Source of the DNA: Usitatibacter sp.
Lineage (GTDB): Bacteria > Pseudomonadota > Gammaproteobacteria > Burkholderiales > Usitatibacteraceae
Direction: 5' to 3'
Assembly (NCBI GenBank): GCA_035501715.1
Contig: DATJVS010000063.1
Coordinates: forward strand, 1-63,794
DNA length: 63,794 nucleotides
Shown: piece after piece, positions 10,875 through 22,682 of the stretch
Layout: each line of letters starts with the position of its first letter
Position numbering within the stretch: position 1 is the first letter of the stretch
Translations under genes and position numbers: made by a program
The notes under the pieces: model-generated
The model's input: only the letters and a program-made list of their open reading frames with translations
What the model was told of the DNA's origin: nothing
Database searches by the model: none

Positions 10875-11785
10875 AGCATTTCCTCGAGCTGAGCGACCTG
10901 GAGCGCCACGAGCTCGAGCATCTCTTCGCGCGCACGAAGATCATCAAGGAGCGGTTCAAGAACTACGTCGCCTATCAGCCGCTCGCCGACCGCATGCTCG
11001 CGATGGTCTTCGAGAAGACCTCCACCCGCACGCGCGTTTCCTTCGAGGCGGGCATCCACCAGCTGGGCGGTTCCTCGATCGTTCTCAACACGAGCGAGAC
11101 GCAGCTCGGGCGCGGCGAGCCCATCGAGGACGTGGCCCGCGTGATCTCGCGCATGGTGGACATCGTGATGATCCGCACCTTCGAGCACGCCATCATCGAG
11201 CGCTTCGCGGCGCACTCGCGCGTGCCGGTGATCAACGGCCTCACCAACGAGTACCACCCGTGCCAGGTGCTGGCGGACATCTACACGTTCATCGAGAACC
11301 GCGGGCCGGTCCCGGGCAAGACAATCGCCTGGATCGGCGACGGCAACAACATGTGCAACACCTGGATCCAGGCCGCGCAGGTGTTCGAGTTCAAGCTGAA
11401 CATCGCCACGCCCCGGGGCTACGGGGTGGAGCCCGCGAGGCTCGAGGGGCTCGGTCGCGACCGCGTCGAGATCTTCGCCGATCCCGCCGACGCCTGCGCG
11501 GGCGCGCACGCCGTGAATACGGACGTCTGGACCAGCATGGGCTTCGAGGCCGAAGCCGGTGCGCGGGAAAAGGCCTTCCACGGATTCACCGTGGACGCGA
11601 AGATGATGTCTCGCGCGCGCCCCGATGCGCTCTTCATGCATTGCCTGCCCGCGCATCGCGGCGAAGAAGTGGCCGCCGACGTGGTCGATGGCCCGCAGAG
11701 CGTCGTGTGGGAAGAAGCGGAGAACCGCCTCCACGTGCAGAAGGCGTTGATGGAGTACCTGCTGCTCGGGAAGGTCGAGACCTAG
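10871..11785 (+). CDS. argF: Ornithine carbamoyltransferase
   Basis: GTG 10871 overlaps the argD stop (GTGA). Motifs STRTR, HPCQ, DVWTSMG, HCLP. Confidence 0.96.
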   Translation: MKHFLELSDLERHELEHLFARTKIIKERFKNYVAYQPLADRMLAMVFEKTSTRTRVSFEAGIHQLGGSSIVLNTSETQLGRGEPIEDVARVISRMVDIVMIRTFEHAIIERFAAHSRVPVINGLTNEYHPCQVLADIYTFIENRGPVPGKTIAWIGDGNNMCNTWIQAAQVFEFKLNIATPRGYGVEPARLEGLGRDRVEIFADPADACAGAHAVNTDVWTSMGFEAEAGAREKAFHGFTVDAKMMSRARPDALFMHCLPAHRGEEVAADVVDGPQSVVWEEAENRLHVQKALMEYLLLGKVET

Positions 11786-13651
<1,866 letters not shown>

Positions 13652-13655
<4 letters not shown>

Positions 13656-14365
13656 TTCCCCAGCTCAACGTCGAGTTCGTCCTCGAGGTCCTCGAGGCGG
13701 CCGCGGTGCTGGTCTCGGCCGTGGCCGGCATGATCGTCGCGGCGAACAAGGGCATGGATCTCGTGGGCACCTTCGCCCTGGCCTGCGTGAACGCGTTCGG
13801 GGGCGGCACGGTGCGCGACCTGCTGCTCGACAACCGGCCCTTCTACTGGATGCAGCACTGGGAATACCTCGCGGCGATCCTGGCGATCTGCGTGCCCTTC
13901 GTCTACAGCGCGCGCATATTCCGCGTCGCCTCGGCGGTGCACAGGCGCTCGGTGATCGTCGATGCGCTCGGCCTCGCCCTGTTCACGATCACCGGAGTGG
14001 GCATCGCCGAGGCGCATCACGCTCCGATCGCGGTGGCGCTGCTGATGGGCGTCATCACGGGCACCATGGGTGGCGTGCTCCGCGACGTCGTCGTGAACGA
14101 GGTCCCCGACATGTTTCGTCCCGGGGGGCTCTACGCGACGGCATCCTTCGCGGGCGCCATCGCGTTCGTCACGTCGATCCGCTACTACGACCTGAACTAC
14201 GGACAGGCGGCCTTCATCGCCACCTTCGTCACGGTGCTGCTGCGCCTGCTCTCGGTCCGGCTGAACGTGGCGATCCCCGCGCCGCACTGGGTCGTGCCGT
14301 CTCAAATGGGGCACAATAGTGAACGCGCTTCGCGGCCGCCGGCCGATTCCGAGGAGAGTCGATGA
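13652..14365 (+). CDS. TRIC/UPF0126 (YadS-like) membrane protein
   Basis: TTG 13652 overlaps the yajQ stop. Duplicated D..G / GGG..RD motifs ([20 protein letters not shown]), [11 protein letters not shown]. Start position uncertain. Confidence 0.85.
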
Positions 14366-14601
14366 AGGTCTGGATCGGTAACATCGCACCGGGAACCTCG
14401 GACGACGAGCTGCGCGCGCTCTTCGCGAAATACGGTGTCCCCGAGGTCACCGCGATCGAGCAGGTTCCGGGCGACGGCAGCCGCCCCGCCGCGATCGTCG
14501 AAGTCGCCGCGGCGCAGGAAGCCGTCAGCAAACTGACAATGCGGCTGAACGGAATGTACTGGAAGGATCGATCGCTCATCGCACAGGCCATCTTGAGGTG
14601 A
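14362..14601 (+). CDS. Small RRM-fold protein
   Basis: GGAG SD and ATGA overlap. RNP2-like VWIGNI, 'ELRALFAKYG', 'LNGMYWKDRSL'. Confidence 0.75.
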   Translation: MKVWIGNIAPGTSDDELRALFAKYGVPEVTAIEQVPGDGSRPAAIVEVAAAQEAVSKLTMRLNGMYWKDRSLIAQAILR

Positions 14602-15866
14602 ACATGGACCGCAAACCTTCGCTTGCCTTTCGCTTCGCCGCTTATGCCGTCGTCTCGAGCCTCGCGCTCGACCCGATCGCGTTCGCGCAACAGCCCGCGC
14701 CGGCGAGCGCGTCGCCGCCGCCCGCCGCAGCCGCGGGCGACACGAAGTCCTTCTCGCAGCAGGACCTGGACGAGCTCCTCGCGCCCATCGCGCTCTACCC
14801 GGATGCGCTGCTCGCGCAGATCCTCATGGCCTCGACCTATCCGCTGCAGGTCGTGGAGGCCGCGCGCTGGGTGAAGGCCAATCCCAACATGAAGGAGAAG
14901 GCGCTCGAGGACGCGATGCAGAAGCAGGAGTGGGACCCGAGCGTGAAGGCGCTCACGTCGGTCCCGCAGGTCCTCACGATGATGAACGAGAAGATCGACT
15001 GGACGCAGAAGCTGGGCGACGCGTTCCTCGGGCAGCAGGCCGACGTGATGAAGACCGCGCAGGAGCTTCGCAAGAAGGCCGACGCCGCGGGCAACCTCAA
15101 GTCGAGCGAGAACATGACAGTGACCAAGACGGTCGAGGAGAACGTCCAGGTCATCAAGATCGAGCAGCCGAACCCGCAGGTGGTGTACGTGCCGACGTAC
15201 AACCCGGCGACGATCTACGGGACCTGGTGGTATTCGTACCCGCCGCCGTACTACTACTACCCGCCGGGCTACGCGTACGGCGCGGGCCTTGCGTTCGCCA
15301 CGGGCGTCTTCGTGGGCGCCGCAATCTGGGGCAACTGCAACTGGGGCGGCAACAACGTGAACATCAACGTGAACAAGTACAACAACTTCAACAGGACCAA
15401 CATCGGCAACGGCAACTGGAACCACGATCCCAAGAATCGCGGCGGCGTGGGATATCGCGACAACGCCACGGCGAGCAAGTACAACCGCGGCGGCGACCGG
15501 CAGGCCGCGCAATCGCGCGAGCAGTTCCGCGGCCGCGCGGAACAGGGCCGCTCGGAGCTCTCGTCGATGGACAAGGGCCAGCTCAACAGCCGCGTCGAGT
15601 CGGCCAACCGCCAGAGCGGGAACCTGGGCGGCGGCGATCGCGCGGGCGCATCGCAGCGCGCGGGCGCCAGTGGCGGCGCGTCGGCGAGCCAGCGTGCAGG
15701 CGGCGGTGCGTCGGCGAGCCAGCGTGCGAGCAGCACGTCGCGGGGCAGCAGCGGCTTCTCCGGAGCCGGCGGCGGTGGCGCTTCGGCGCGTGCGGCGAGC
15801 AGCCGCGGCGGCTCGAGCATGAGTCGTGGAGGCGGTGGCGGACGCGGCGGCGGCGGACGTCGCTAG
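14598..15866 (+). CDS. DUF3300-like exported protein with low-complexity tail
   Basis: Start GTG 14598 or ATG 14604. Signal peptide, LD.LLAPIALYPD.LL.QILMASTYP, WDPSVKAL, VYVPTYNP, then an N-rich and G/S/R-rich tail. Confidence 0.85.
   Translation: MNMDRKPSLAFRFAAYAVVSSLALDPIAFAQQPAPASASPPPAAAAGDTKSFSQQDLDELLAPIALYPDALLAQILMASTYPLQVVEAARWVKANPNMKEKALEDAMQKQEWDPSVKALTSVPQVLTMMNEKIDWTQKLGDAFLGQQADVMKTAQELRKKADAAGNLKSSENMTVTKTVEENVQVIKIEQPNPQVVYVPTYNPATIYGTWWYSYPPPYYYYPPGYAYGAGLAFATGVFVGAAIWGNCNWGGNNVNINVNKYNNFNRTNIGNGNWNHDPKNRGGVGYRDNATASKYNRGGDRQAAQSREQFRGRAEQGRSELSSMDKGQLNSRVESANRQSGNLGGGDRAGASQRAGASGGASASQRAGGGASASQRASSTSRGSSGFSGAGGGGASARAASSRGGSSMSRGGGGGRGGGGRR
15672..15728 (+). repeat. 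30-nt period tandem repeat encoding GGASASQRA(G)
   Basis: GCGTCGGCGAGCCAGCGTGC occurs at 15678 and 15708, with a degenerate ASQRAG copy just upstream. Confidence 0.75.
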
Positions 15867-15895
15867 CGCTTGCCTACCTCATCCAGGAGAACGAC

Positions 15896-16876
15896 ATGAA
15901 GATTCGCAAGCAAATGATGCTCACCGCACTCGCGGGCGCCCTCGCCGCGGTGTCCTCCATGAACGTCTCGGCGCAGGCGGCCCCCGCCGCCAAGCCCGCC
16001 GAGGCATCCAGGCCTGCCGCGGCGCAATCGACGTTCGCGTCCCCGGAAGATGCCGCCAAGGCCCTCGCCGATGCGATCCGGGCGCACGACGGACACGCGC
16101 TCCTCGCAGTCGTGGGGCCCTCGTCCAGGTCGTGGCTCTTCTCCGGCGACAAGGTCTCCGACGAGAACGACTGGAAGGCCTTCCTCGCCGCGTACGACGA
16201 GAAGAACTCGATCGCGAAGACGGGCGATGCGAAAGCGACGCTCAACGTGGGCAAGGACGACTGGCCGTTCCCGGCGCCCATCGTGAAGAAGGGCGGCAAG
16301 TGGTCGTTCGACGCCGAGGCCGGGCGCGAGGAGATCGTCAACCGCCGCGTGGGCCGCAACGAGCTCGACACGATCCAGACGATGCTTGCCATCGTCGATG
16401 CGCAGCGCGAATACGCCGCGAGCGACGCCAACGGCAGCGGCTTTCCCGACTACGCGAGGCGCTTCGTCTCGTCGCCGGGCAAGAAGGACGGCCTCTACTG
16501 GAAGACGGACGCCGGCCAGCCCGAAAGCCCGCTGGGCCCGCTCGTGGCCGAGGCGGCCACCGAGGGCTACGGCAAGCACGCCCGCAAGGAAGGCCAGCGG
16601 CCTTCGTTCCACGGCTATCACTACCGCATGCTCACCGCGCAGGGCAAGGACGCTCCCGGCGGCGTGGAGGACTACGTCGTGGGCACCCGCCTGATGGGCG
16701 GATTCGCCGTCGTCGCGTGGCCCGCCAAGTACCGTTCCTCCGGCGTGATGACGTTCATCGTGAACCACGAGGGTGTCGTGTATGAGAAGGACCTCGGCCC
16801 GCAGACTGCGTCGATCGCGGAATCGATGACTCGGTACAACCCCGACCCGACGTGGAGGAAGGCCGAGCCCAAGTGA
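15896..16876 (+). CDS. DUF2950-like periplasmic protein
   Basis: ATG 15896 after CAGGAG. Signal peptide, F.SPEDAA.AL, WPFPAP, RRVGRNEL, GKKDGLYW, SPLGPL, GVMTFIVN..G.VYEKDLG. Follows the DUF3300-like gene. Confidence 0.85.
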   Translation: MKIRKQMMLTALAGALAAVSSMNVSAQAAPAAKPAEASRPAAAQSTFASPEDAAKALADAIRAHDGHALLAVVGPSSRSWLFSGDKVSDENDWKAFLAAYDEKNSIAKTGDAKATLNVGKDDWPFPAPIVKKGGKWSFDAEAGREEIVNRRVGRNELDTIQTMLAIVDAQREYAASDANGSGFPDYARRFVSSPGKKDGLYWKTDAGQPESPLGPLVAEAATEGYGKHARKEGQRPSFHGYHYRMLTAQGKDAPGGVEDYVVGTRLMGGFAVVAWPAKYRSSGVMTFIVNHEGVVYEKDLGPQTASIAESMTRYNPDPTWRKAEPK

Positions 16877-16920
16877 AGGTGTAGCAGGTCGCCGGCGGCG
16901 CGACTCACGCTCCGGGGGAG

Positions 16921-18087
16921 ATGCGAGTGATGTCCCGGCTCATGATCTTGTTGTCTTCGATCGTCCTGCTGTCAGCCTGCGGCAAGGCAGAGCAGGCTCC
17001 CGCGGCGCGCCCGCCCGTCGAGGTGACCGCGGTCACCGTCGCGCCCAGGGACACGCCCGTGAACTACGAGTTCGTAGGGCAGACTCTCTCGTCGCACCAG
17101 GTGCAGATCCGCGCGCGCGTCGCGGGCTTCCTCGACAAGCGGGTGTACGGGGAGGGCTCGCTCGTGAAGGCGGGCGAGGTCATGTTCCAGCAGGACGCCC
17201 GGCCCTTCCAGGTGCAGCTGGACGCGGCCAACGGCGCGCTCGCGGAGCAGCAGGTGCGCCTCAAGGTGGCCGACGACAACCTCGCGCAGGTGAAGCCGCT
17301 CGCCGCGCTCAATGCGCTCTCGCAGAAGGAGCTGGACGACGCGATCGGCCAGCAGCGCGCCGCGGCTGCCGCCGTCGAGACCGCGAAGGCCGGCGTGGAG
17401 AGCGCGAAGCTGAATCTCTCCTACACCACGATCACCACGCCGGTCACGGGGCTTTCGAGCTTCGCGCGCGTGCAGGACGGCTCCTACGTGAACGGCGAGA
17501 ACAGCCTCCTCACCATCGTGGAGCAGGTCGATCCCATCTGGGTGGACTTCACGATCTCGGAGAACGAGATGCTCGGGCTGCGCCGCGACCGCGACAAGGG
17601 GCTGCTCAAGCTTCCGCCCAACGACCAGTACGTGGTGGAGGTGATCCTCGCCGACGGCGCGCTCTTCCCGCAGAAGGGGCGCATCACCTTCGCCAATGCG
17701 AGCTTCAATCCGCAGACGGGGACCTTCCTGCTGCGGGCCTCGCTTCCCAATCCCGACTCGACGCTGCGCCCCGGGCAATTCGTGCGCGTGCGCGTCTCTG
17801 GCGCGGTGCGCGTGAACGCGATCCTCGTTCCGCAGGCCGCGGTGCTGCAGGGGCCCAAGAGCCACATGGTCGTGACCATCGACAAGGAAATGAAGGCGCA
17901 GATGCGGCCGGTGGAGGTCGGGCCCTGGTACGGCGACGACTGGTTCATCACCGGCGGGCTGGAGGCGGGCGACGTGGTCGCCACCGACGGCATCGCGCGC
18001 CTCACGCCGGGCGCCGCGGTGAAGATCGTCGAGGCACGCGCCAAGGCCGGGGGCGCGAAGCCCGGCGGCGCGGCCACGAAGAAATAG
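16921..18087 (+). CDS. RND efflux periplasmic adaptor (lipoprotein)
   Basis: Lipobox LSAC. Motifs IRARVAGFL, LNLSYTTI.TPV.G, LRPGQFVRV, GL..GD.V. Confidence 0.93.
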   Translation: MRVMSRLMILLSSIVLLSACGKAEQAPAARPPVEVTAVTVAPRDTPVNYEFVGQTLSSHQVQIRARVAGFLDKRVYGEGSLVKAGEVMFQQDARPFQVQLDAANGALAEQQVRLKVADDNLAQVKPLAALNALSQKELDDAIGQQRAAAAAVETAKAGVESAKLNLSYTTITTPVTGLSSFARVQDGSYVNGENSLLTIVEQVDPIWVDFTISENEMLGLRRDRDKGLLKLPPNDQYVVEVILADGALFPQKGRITFANASFNPQTGTFLLRASLPNPDSTLRPGQFVRVRVSGAVRVNAILVPQAAVLQGPKSHMVVTIDKEMKAQMRPVEVGPWYGDDWFITGGLEAGDVVATDGIARLTPGAAVKIVEARAKAGGAKPGGAATKK

Positions 18088-18102
18088 CCCGAAGCCCAGG
18101 CG

Positions 18103-21100
18103 ATGCTCTCGCACTTCTTCATCGACCGCCCGATCTTCTCGGCGGTCATCGCGCTCGTGATCTCCGTGGTGGGGCTGGTCGCGATGGTGCAGCTGCCCAT
18201 CGCGCAGTACCCGCAGGTCACGCCGATCCAGATCCAGGTCTCGGCGACCTATCCCGGCGCCAACGCCCAGCTGGTGGCGCAGAACGTCGGCGCGCCCATC
18301 GAGCAGCAGGTGAACGGCGCCAACAACATGCTGTACATGCAGTCGACCAGCTCCTCGACGGGCAACTACTCGCTCACGGTGTACTTCTCGATCGACACGG
18401 ACCCGGCGCTCGCCCAGGTGGACGTGCAGAACCGCGTGAGCCAGGCGATGGCGCAGCTGCCCCAGTCGGTGTCGGCGCAGGGCGTGAACGTGGCGCAGAA
18501 GACGAGCACGTTCCTCATGGTGATCGCGTTCTTCGATCCCAACGGGCGCTACGACCCGAACTTCGTCTCCAACTACACCAACACGCAGATCCTCGGCACC
18601 ATCAACCGCCTGCCCGGCGCGAACCAGGCGTCGATCTTCGGCGTGCCCAACTACGCGATGCGCATCTGGTTGAAGCCCGACCGCATGGCGCAGCTGAAGA
18701 TCTCCACCACCGAGGTCGCCAACGCGATCAAGAACCAGAACCAGCAATTCGCGGTGGGGCGCATCGGCGCCGCGCCCACGCCCTACCCGGTGCAGCAGAC
18801 GTTCCCCGTGACCACGACCACGATCACGGAGCCCGCGCAGTTCGACAACATGATCCTGCGCAGCGACAACAACGGCGCGGCGCTCGTGAAGGTGAAGGAC
18901 ATCGGCTACGCGGACCTGGGCCAGCAGAGCTACGCGCTGCGCACGTCCTACCAGGGCTATCCCGCCACGCTCATCGCGATCTACCAGCAGCCCGGCGCGA
19001 ACGCGATCCAGGTGTCGAAGGAGGTGCGCGCGACGCTCGCCGAGCTTTCGAAGGAATTTCCGGCGGGCCTCAAGTACGAGGTGGCGCTGGACACCACGCT
19101 CTTCGTGCAGGCCTCGATCAACGAGGTGATCCACACGTTCTTCGAGGCGGTGGTGCTCGTGGTGCTCGTGGTGTTCGTGTTCCTGCACAGCCTGAGGCTC
19201 ACCATCATCCCCACCCTCGCGGTGCCGGTGTCGATCCTGGGGGCGCTCGTGGGCATGCTGCTGCTGGGCTTTTCGATCAACATGCTCACGCTCTTCGGCA
19301 TGATCCTCGCGATCGGCATCGTCGTGGACGACGCCATCGTCGTCGTGGAGAACACCGAGCGCAACATGGTGCAGTTCCACCTCGCGCCCAAGGAAGCCGC
19401 CAAGCGCGCCATGGACGAGGTCTCGGGCCCGGTGATCGCGATCGTGCTGGTGCTGAACGCGGTCTTCGTGCCCGTGGCGTTCCTGGGCGGCATCACCGGG
19501 GCGCTCTACAAGCAGTTCGCGGTGACAATCGCGATCTCGGTCGTGTTCTCGGGCATCGTCGCGCTCACGCTCTCGCCCGCGCTCGCCGCGATCCTCATCC
19601 AGGCCAAGCACGGGCCCAAGAAGGGCTTCTTCAAGTGGTTCGACGACACGTTCGACGCGATCGCGTCGAAGTACGTGAGCGGCGTGAAATGGGCGATGCA
19701 TCACTTCGCCCTGAGCTTCGGCATCCTTGCGCTCGTCGTGGCGGGCGTGGTCGGCCTCTTCAAGGTGCTGCCGACGGCGTTCGTTCCGCAGGAGGACCAG
19801 GGATACATCTTCGGCGCGTACTTCCTGCCGGATTCCGCGAGCCTCGACCGAACCCACGCCGTGGGCGAGAAGGCCGTCGAGATCCTGCGCAAGAGCGAGG
19901 CTGTGGCCAACGTGACGCAGGTGGACGGATTCAGCCTGCTCGACTCGCAGAACAAGACCAACTTCGGCGTGCTCTTCGTGTCGCTCAAGGACTACGAGGA
20001 GAGGAAGGCCGCCGAGCTCGGCGCCGACGCGCTCATCAAGCAGTCGGCGGCGCAGTTCCGCGCGTCCATCCTGGGCGGCCTCGTGGTGCCCGTGAATCCT
20101 CCGGCGATTCCGGGCCTGGGCGTGACCGCAGGGTTCCAGATGTGGATCGAGCAGAAAGGTTCGGGCGATTACCAGCAACTCTCGGGCATCGTGCAGCAGA
20201 TCCTCGCCAAGGCGAGGCAGCGCAAGGAGCTGGGCAGCGTGAGCAGCACCATCAGCACCAACGGCCAGCAGATGCTCGCCGACGTGGACCGCGAGAAGGC
20301 CGAGACGCTCGGCGTGAACATCGAGGACGCCTACAGCACGCTGCAGACGATGTTCGGCTCGCTCTACGTGAGCCAGTTCCCGAAGGACTCGCGGCTCTAT
20401 CAAGTCGTCCTGCAGGCCGAGCCCAAGTACCGGCTCACGCCGGAGGACATCGGCCGCTTCTACGTGAAGAACCGCCAGGGCGACATGGTCCCGCTCTCGG
20501 CGCTCGTGAAGACCCGCTACGTGACGGGCGCGGACATCGTGACGCGCTTCAACAACTATCCCGCGATCGCGATCAACGGTTCGCCCGCGCCGGGCGTGAG
20601 CTCGGGCGAGGCGCTCGCCGTGATCCGCGAGATCGCCGAGGAAGTGATGCCGCAGGGATACGGCTACGAGTGGTCTGGCGAAGCGCGCGAGGAAGTCTCT
20701 TCGGGATCGACCTCGTCGATCGCGTTCATCTTCGGGCTGCTGTTCGTGTTCCTGATCCTCGCCGCGCAGTACGAGAGCTGGTCGCTTCCCGTGGGCGTGA
20801 TGCTCGCGGTGCCGTTCGCCATCCTGGGCGCCCTCGTCTCAATCGCCTTGCGCGGGAGCGCCAACGACCTCTACTTCCAGATCGGCCTGCTCACGCTGAT
20901 CGGCCTCGCCGCGAAGAACGCGATCCTCATCGTGGAGTTCGCGGTGGAGCTCAATCGCAAGGAAGGCAAGTCTTTCTTCGACGCGGCCGTCGAGGCCGCC
21001 CACCTGCGCCTGCGCCCGATCGTGATGACGTCCTTCGCGTTCATCCTCGGCACGGTGCCGCTCGCCATCGCCACCGGCGCCTCGTCCAACAGCCGGCACT

Positions 21101-21237
21101 CCATCGGCACGGGCGTGATCGGCGGCTGCCTCGCCGCCACGGTGATCGCGATCTTCTTCATCCCGATGTTCTACTGGGCCCTGTCGACCTTCAGCGAGCG
21201 GTTCTTCGGCGCCGGGAAGAAGGACAAGGAGGGCTAG
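18103..21237 (+). CDS. RND efflux permease (HAE1/AcrB-like)
   Basis: Motifs FFIDRPIF, YAMRIWL, GIVVDDAIVVVEN, GLAAKNAILIVEF, RLRPIVMTS. 1044 aa. Confidence 0.96.
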   Translation: MLSHFFIDRPIFSAVIALVISVVGLVAMVQLPIAQYPQVTPIQIQVSATYPGANAQLVAQNVGAPIEQQVNGANNMLYMQSTSSSTGNYSLTVYFSIDTDPALAQVDVQNRVSQAMAQLPQSVSAQGVNVAQKTSTFLMVIAFFDPNGRYDPNFVSNYTNTQILGTINRLPGANQASIFGVPNYAMRIWLKPDRMAQLKISTTEVANAIKNQNQQFAVGRIGAAPTPYPVQQTFPVTTTTITEPAQFDNMILRSDNNGAALVKVKDIGYADLGQQSYALRTSYQGYPATLIAIYQQPGANAIQVSKEVRATLAELSKEFPAGLKYEVALDTTLFVQASINEVIHTFFEAVVLVVLVVFVFLHSLRLTIIPTLAVPVSILGALVGMLLLGFSINMLTLFGMILAIGIVVDDAIVVVENTERNMVQFHLAPKEAAKRAMDEVSGPVIAIVLVLNAVFVPVAFLGGITGALYKQFAVTIAISVVFSGIVALTLSPALAAILIQAKHGPKKGFFKWFDDTFDAIASKYVSGVKWAMHHFALSFGILALVVAGVVGLFKVLPTAFVPQEDQGYIFGAYFLPDSASLDRTHAVGEKAVEILRKSEAVANVTQVDGFSLLDSQNKTNFGVLFVSLKDYEERKAAELGADALIKQSAAQFRASILGGLVVPVNPPAIPGLGVTAGFQMWIEQKGSGDYQQLSGIVQQILAKARQRKELGSVSSTISTNGQQMLADVDREKAETLGVNIEDAYSTLQTMFGSLYVSQFPKDSRLYQVVLQAEPKYRLTPEDIGRFYVKNRQGDMVPLSALVKTRYVTGADIVTRFNNYPAIAINGSPAPGVSSGEALAVIREIAEEVMPQGYGYEWSGEAREEVSSGSTSSIAFIFGLLFVFLILAAQYESWSLPVGVMLAVPFAILGALVSIALRGSANDLYFQIGLLTLIGLAAKNAILIVEFAVELNRKEGKSFFDAAVEAAHLRLRPIVMTSFAFILGTVPLAIATGASSNSRHSIGTGVIGGCLAATVIAIFFIPMFYWALSTFSERFFGAGKKDKEG

Positions 21238-21238
21238 C

Positions 21239-22672
21239 ATGCGCGTGCGGGCGGCCGTGTTCCTCGTCTGTTGCGCACTCTCGGGCTGCATGTTCGGCCC
21301 GGACTACACGCGCCCCGAGGTCCCGGTGCCCGCGGCGTATCGCTACGAGCCGACGGAGGTCGCGGCCGCGGCCGACGTCGAGTGGTGGAAGAAGATGAAC
21401 GACCCGGTGCTCGACGCGATGATCGCCGAGGCGCTCGCGAACAACCCGTCGGTGAAGATCGCGGCGGCCAACGTCGAGCAGGCGGCCGCGGTGCTCTCCA
21501 CCACGCGCTCCGCGTTCTTCCCGCAGGTGGGATACCAGGGCGCGGCCGCGCGGCAGAAGCTCTCGCAGAACACGCTCGCGCTGCTCCCGCCCGGCATTCC
21601 CAATCCATCGACGTCGTACTCCGCGCTCGCGGGCGCGAGCTGGGAGATCGACCTGTGGGGCCGCGTGCGCCGCCTCACCGAAGCGGCCCAGGCGAACCTG
21701 CTCGCGACCGAAGAGGCGCGCCGCGGCGTGCTGCTCTCCCTTGTGGCCACGGTGGCGAACAGCTACCTCCTGCTGCGCGGGCTGGACGAGCAGCTCGCGA
21801 TCGCGGATCGCACGCAGAAGGCCTATGCGGAGTCGCTCAAGCTCATGCAGTACAAGTTCCAGTACGGGCGGGTCTCCGAGATGGAGGTCGAGCAGGCGAG
21901 GGCGCGCTACCAGACGGCCGCGGCGCAGATCCCGGCGACGAAGCGCGACATCGCCACGCTCGAGAACGCGCTCTGCATACTGCTCGGGCGCGCGCCCGGC
22001 CCCGTCGAGCGCGGCAAGCCGATCTTCGAGATGGTCCTCCCGGAAGTTCCGGCCGGCGTCCCTTCGGAACTCCTGGAGCGCCGGCCCGACGTGCGACAGG
22101 CCGAGCAGCTGCTCGTAGCCGCCAATGCGCAGATCGGCGCGGCCAAGGCACAGTACTTCCCGTCGATCTCGCTCACGGGGTCGCTCGGCAGCGCGAGCAG
22201 CGAGCTTTCGAACCTCTTCAGGGGACCGGCCAACTCGTGGAGCTACGCGGCCAACGTCGCGGGGCCGATCTTCACGGGCGGCGCGATCTCGGGGCAGGTG
22301 GCACAGGCGGAGGCGGGACAGAAAGCGGCGCTCGCCGGCTACCAGCTCGCGATCCAGAACGCGTTCGCCGACGTGGAAAGCGCGCTCGTCTCGCGGGCCA
22401 CTCTCGAGGAGCAGGTCGCGGCGCAGGAGAAGCTCGTGACGGCGCTTCGCAACTATTCGCGCATCGCGCAGATGCAATTCGACGGCGGGCGGGCGCCGTA
22501 CTCCACCGTGCTGCAGGCCGAGCAGGAGCTCTTCCCCGCGGAGCTCGCGCTGGCGGTGCTTCGCGCGCAGCTCAGCACGTCCGTCGTGAACATCTACAAG
22601 GCGATGGGCGGAGGCTGGGTGGATACGGCCTCGGCGATGGCCGAGGCGCCGCCGCCCGCGGCGAAGCCCTGA
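21239..22672 (+). CDS. Outer membrane efflux factor lipoprotein (NodT/OprM-like)
   Basis: Lipobox LSGC. Motifs SWEIDLWG, PSELLERRPD, YKAMGGGW. Confidence 0.94.
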   Translation: MRVRAAVFLVCCALSGCMFGPDYTRPEVPVPAAYRYEPTEVAAAADVEWWKKMNDPVLDAMIAEALANNPSVKIAAANVEQAAAVLSTTRSAFFPQVGYQGAAARQKLSQNTLALLPPGIPNPSTSYSALAGASWEIDLWGRVRRLTEAAQANLLATEEARRGVLLSLVATVANSYLLLRGLDEQLAIADRTQKAYAESLKLMQYKFQYGRVSEMEVEQARARYQTAAAQIPATKRDIATLENALCILLGRAPGPVERGKPIFEMVLPEVPAGVPSELLERRPDVRQAEQLLVAANAQIGAAKAQYFPSISLTGSLGSASSELSNLFRGPANSWSYAANVAGPIFTGGAISGQVAQAEAGQKAALAGYQLAIQNAFADVESALVSRATLEEQVAAQEKLVTALRNYSRIAQMQFDGGRAPYSTVLQAEQELFPAELALAVLRAQLSTSVVNIYKAMGGGWVDTASAMAEAPPPAAKP

Positions 22673-22682
22673 ACGTTCGCCC

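Noticed and set aside
15650-15730. Direct repeats considered as a CRISPR array
   Set aside because: Only 2-3 in-frame coding copies, no spacers of CRISPR length and no cas genes.
16887-16906. GTCGC/GCGAC hairpin between the DUF2950-like gene and the RND adaptor
   Set aside because: Short stem with no U-tract, so not called a terminator.
16972-20403. Very long antisense or alternate-frame ORFs (e.g. 16972-20403 -, 3731-6904 +, 32075-34849 +, 40088-42856 +, 70-2037 +)
   Set aside because: They shadow well-supported genes, are Arg/Ala/Gly-rich without motifs, and are expected in high-GC3 DNA where off-frame stops are rare.
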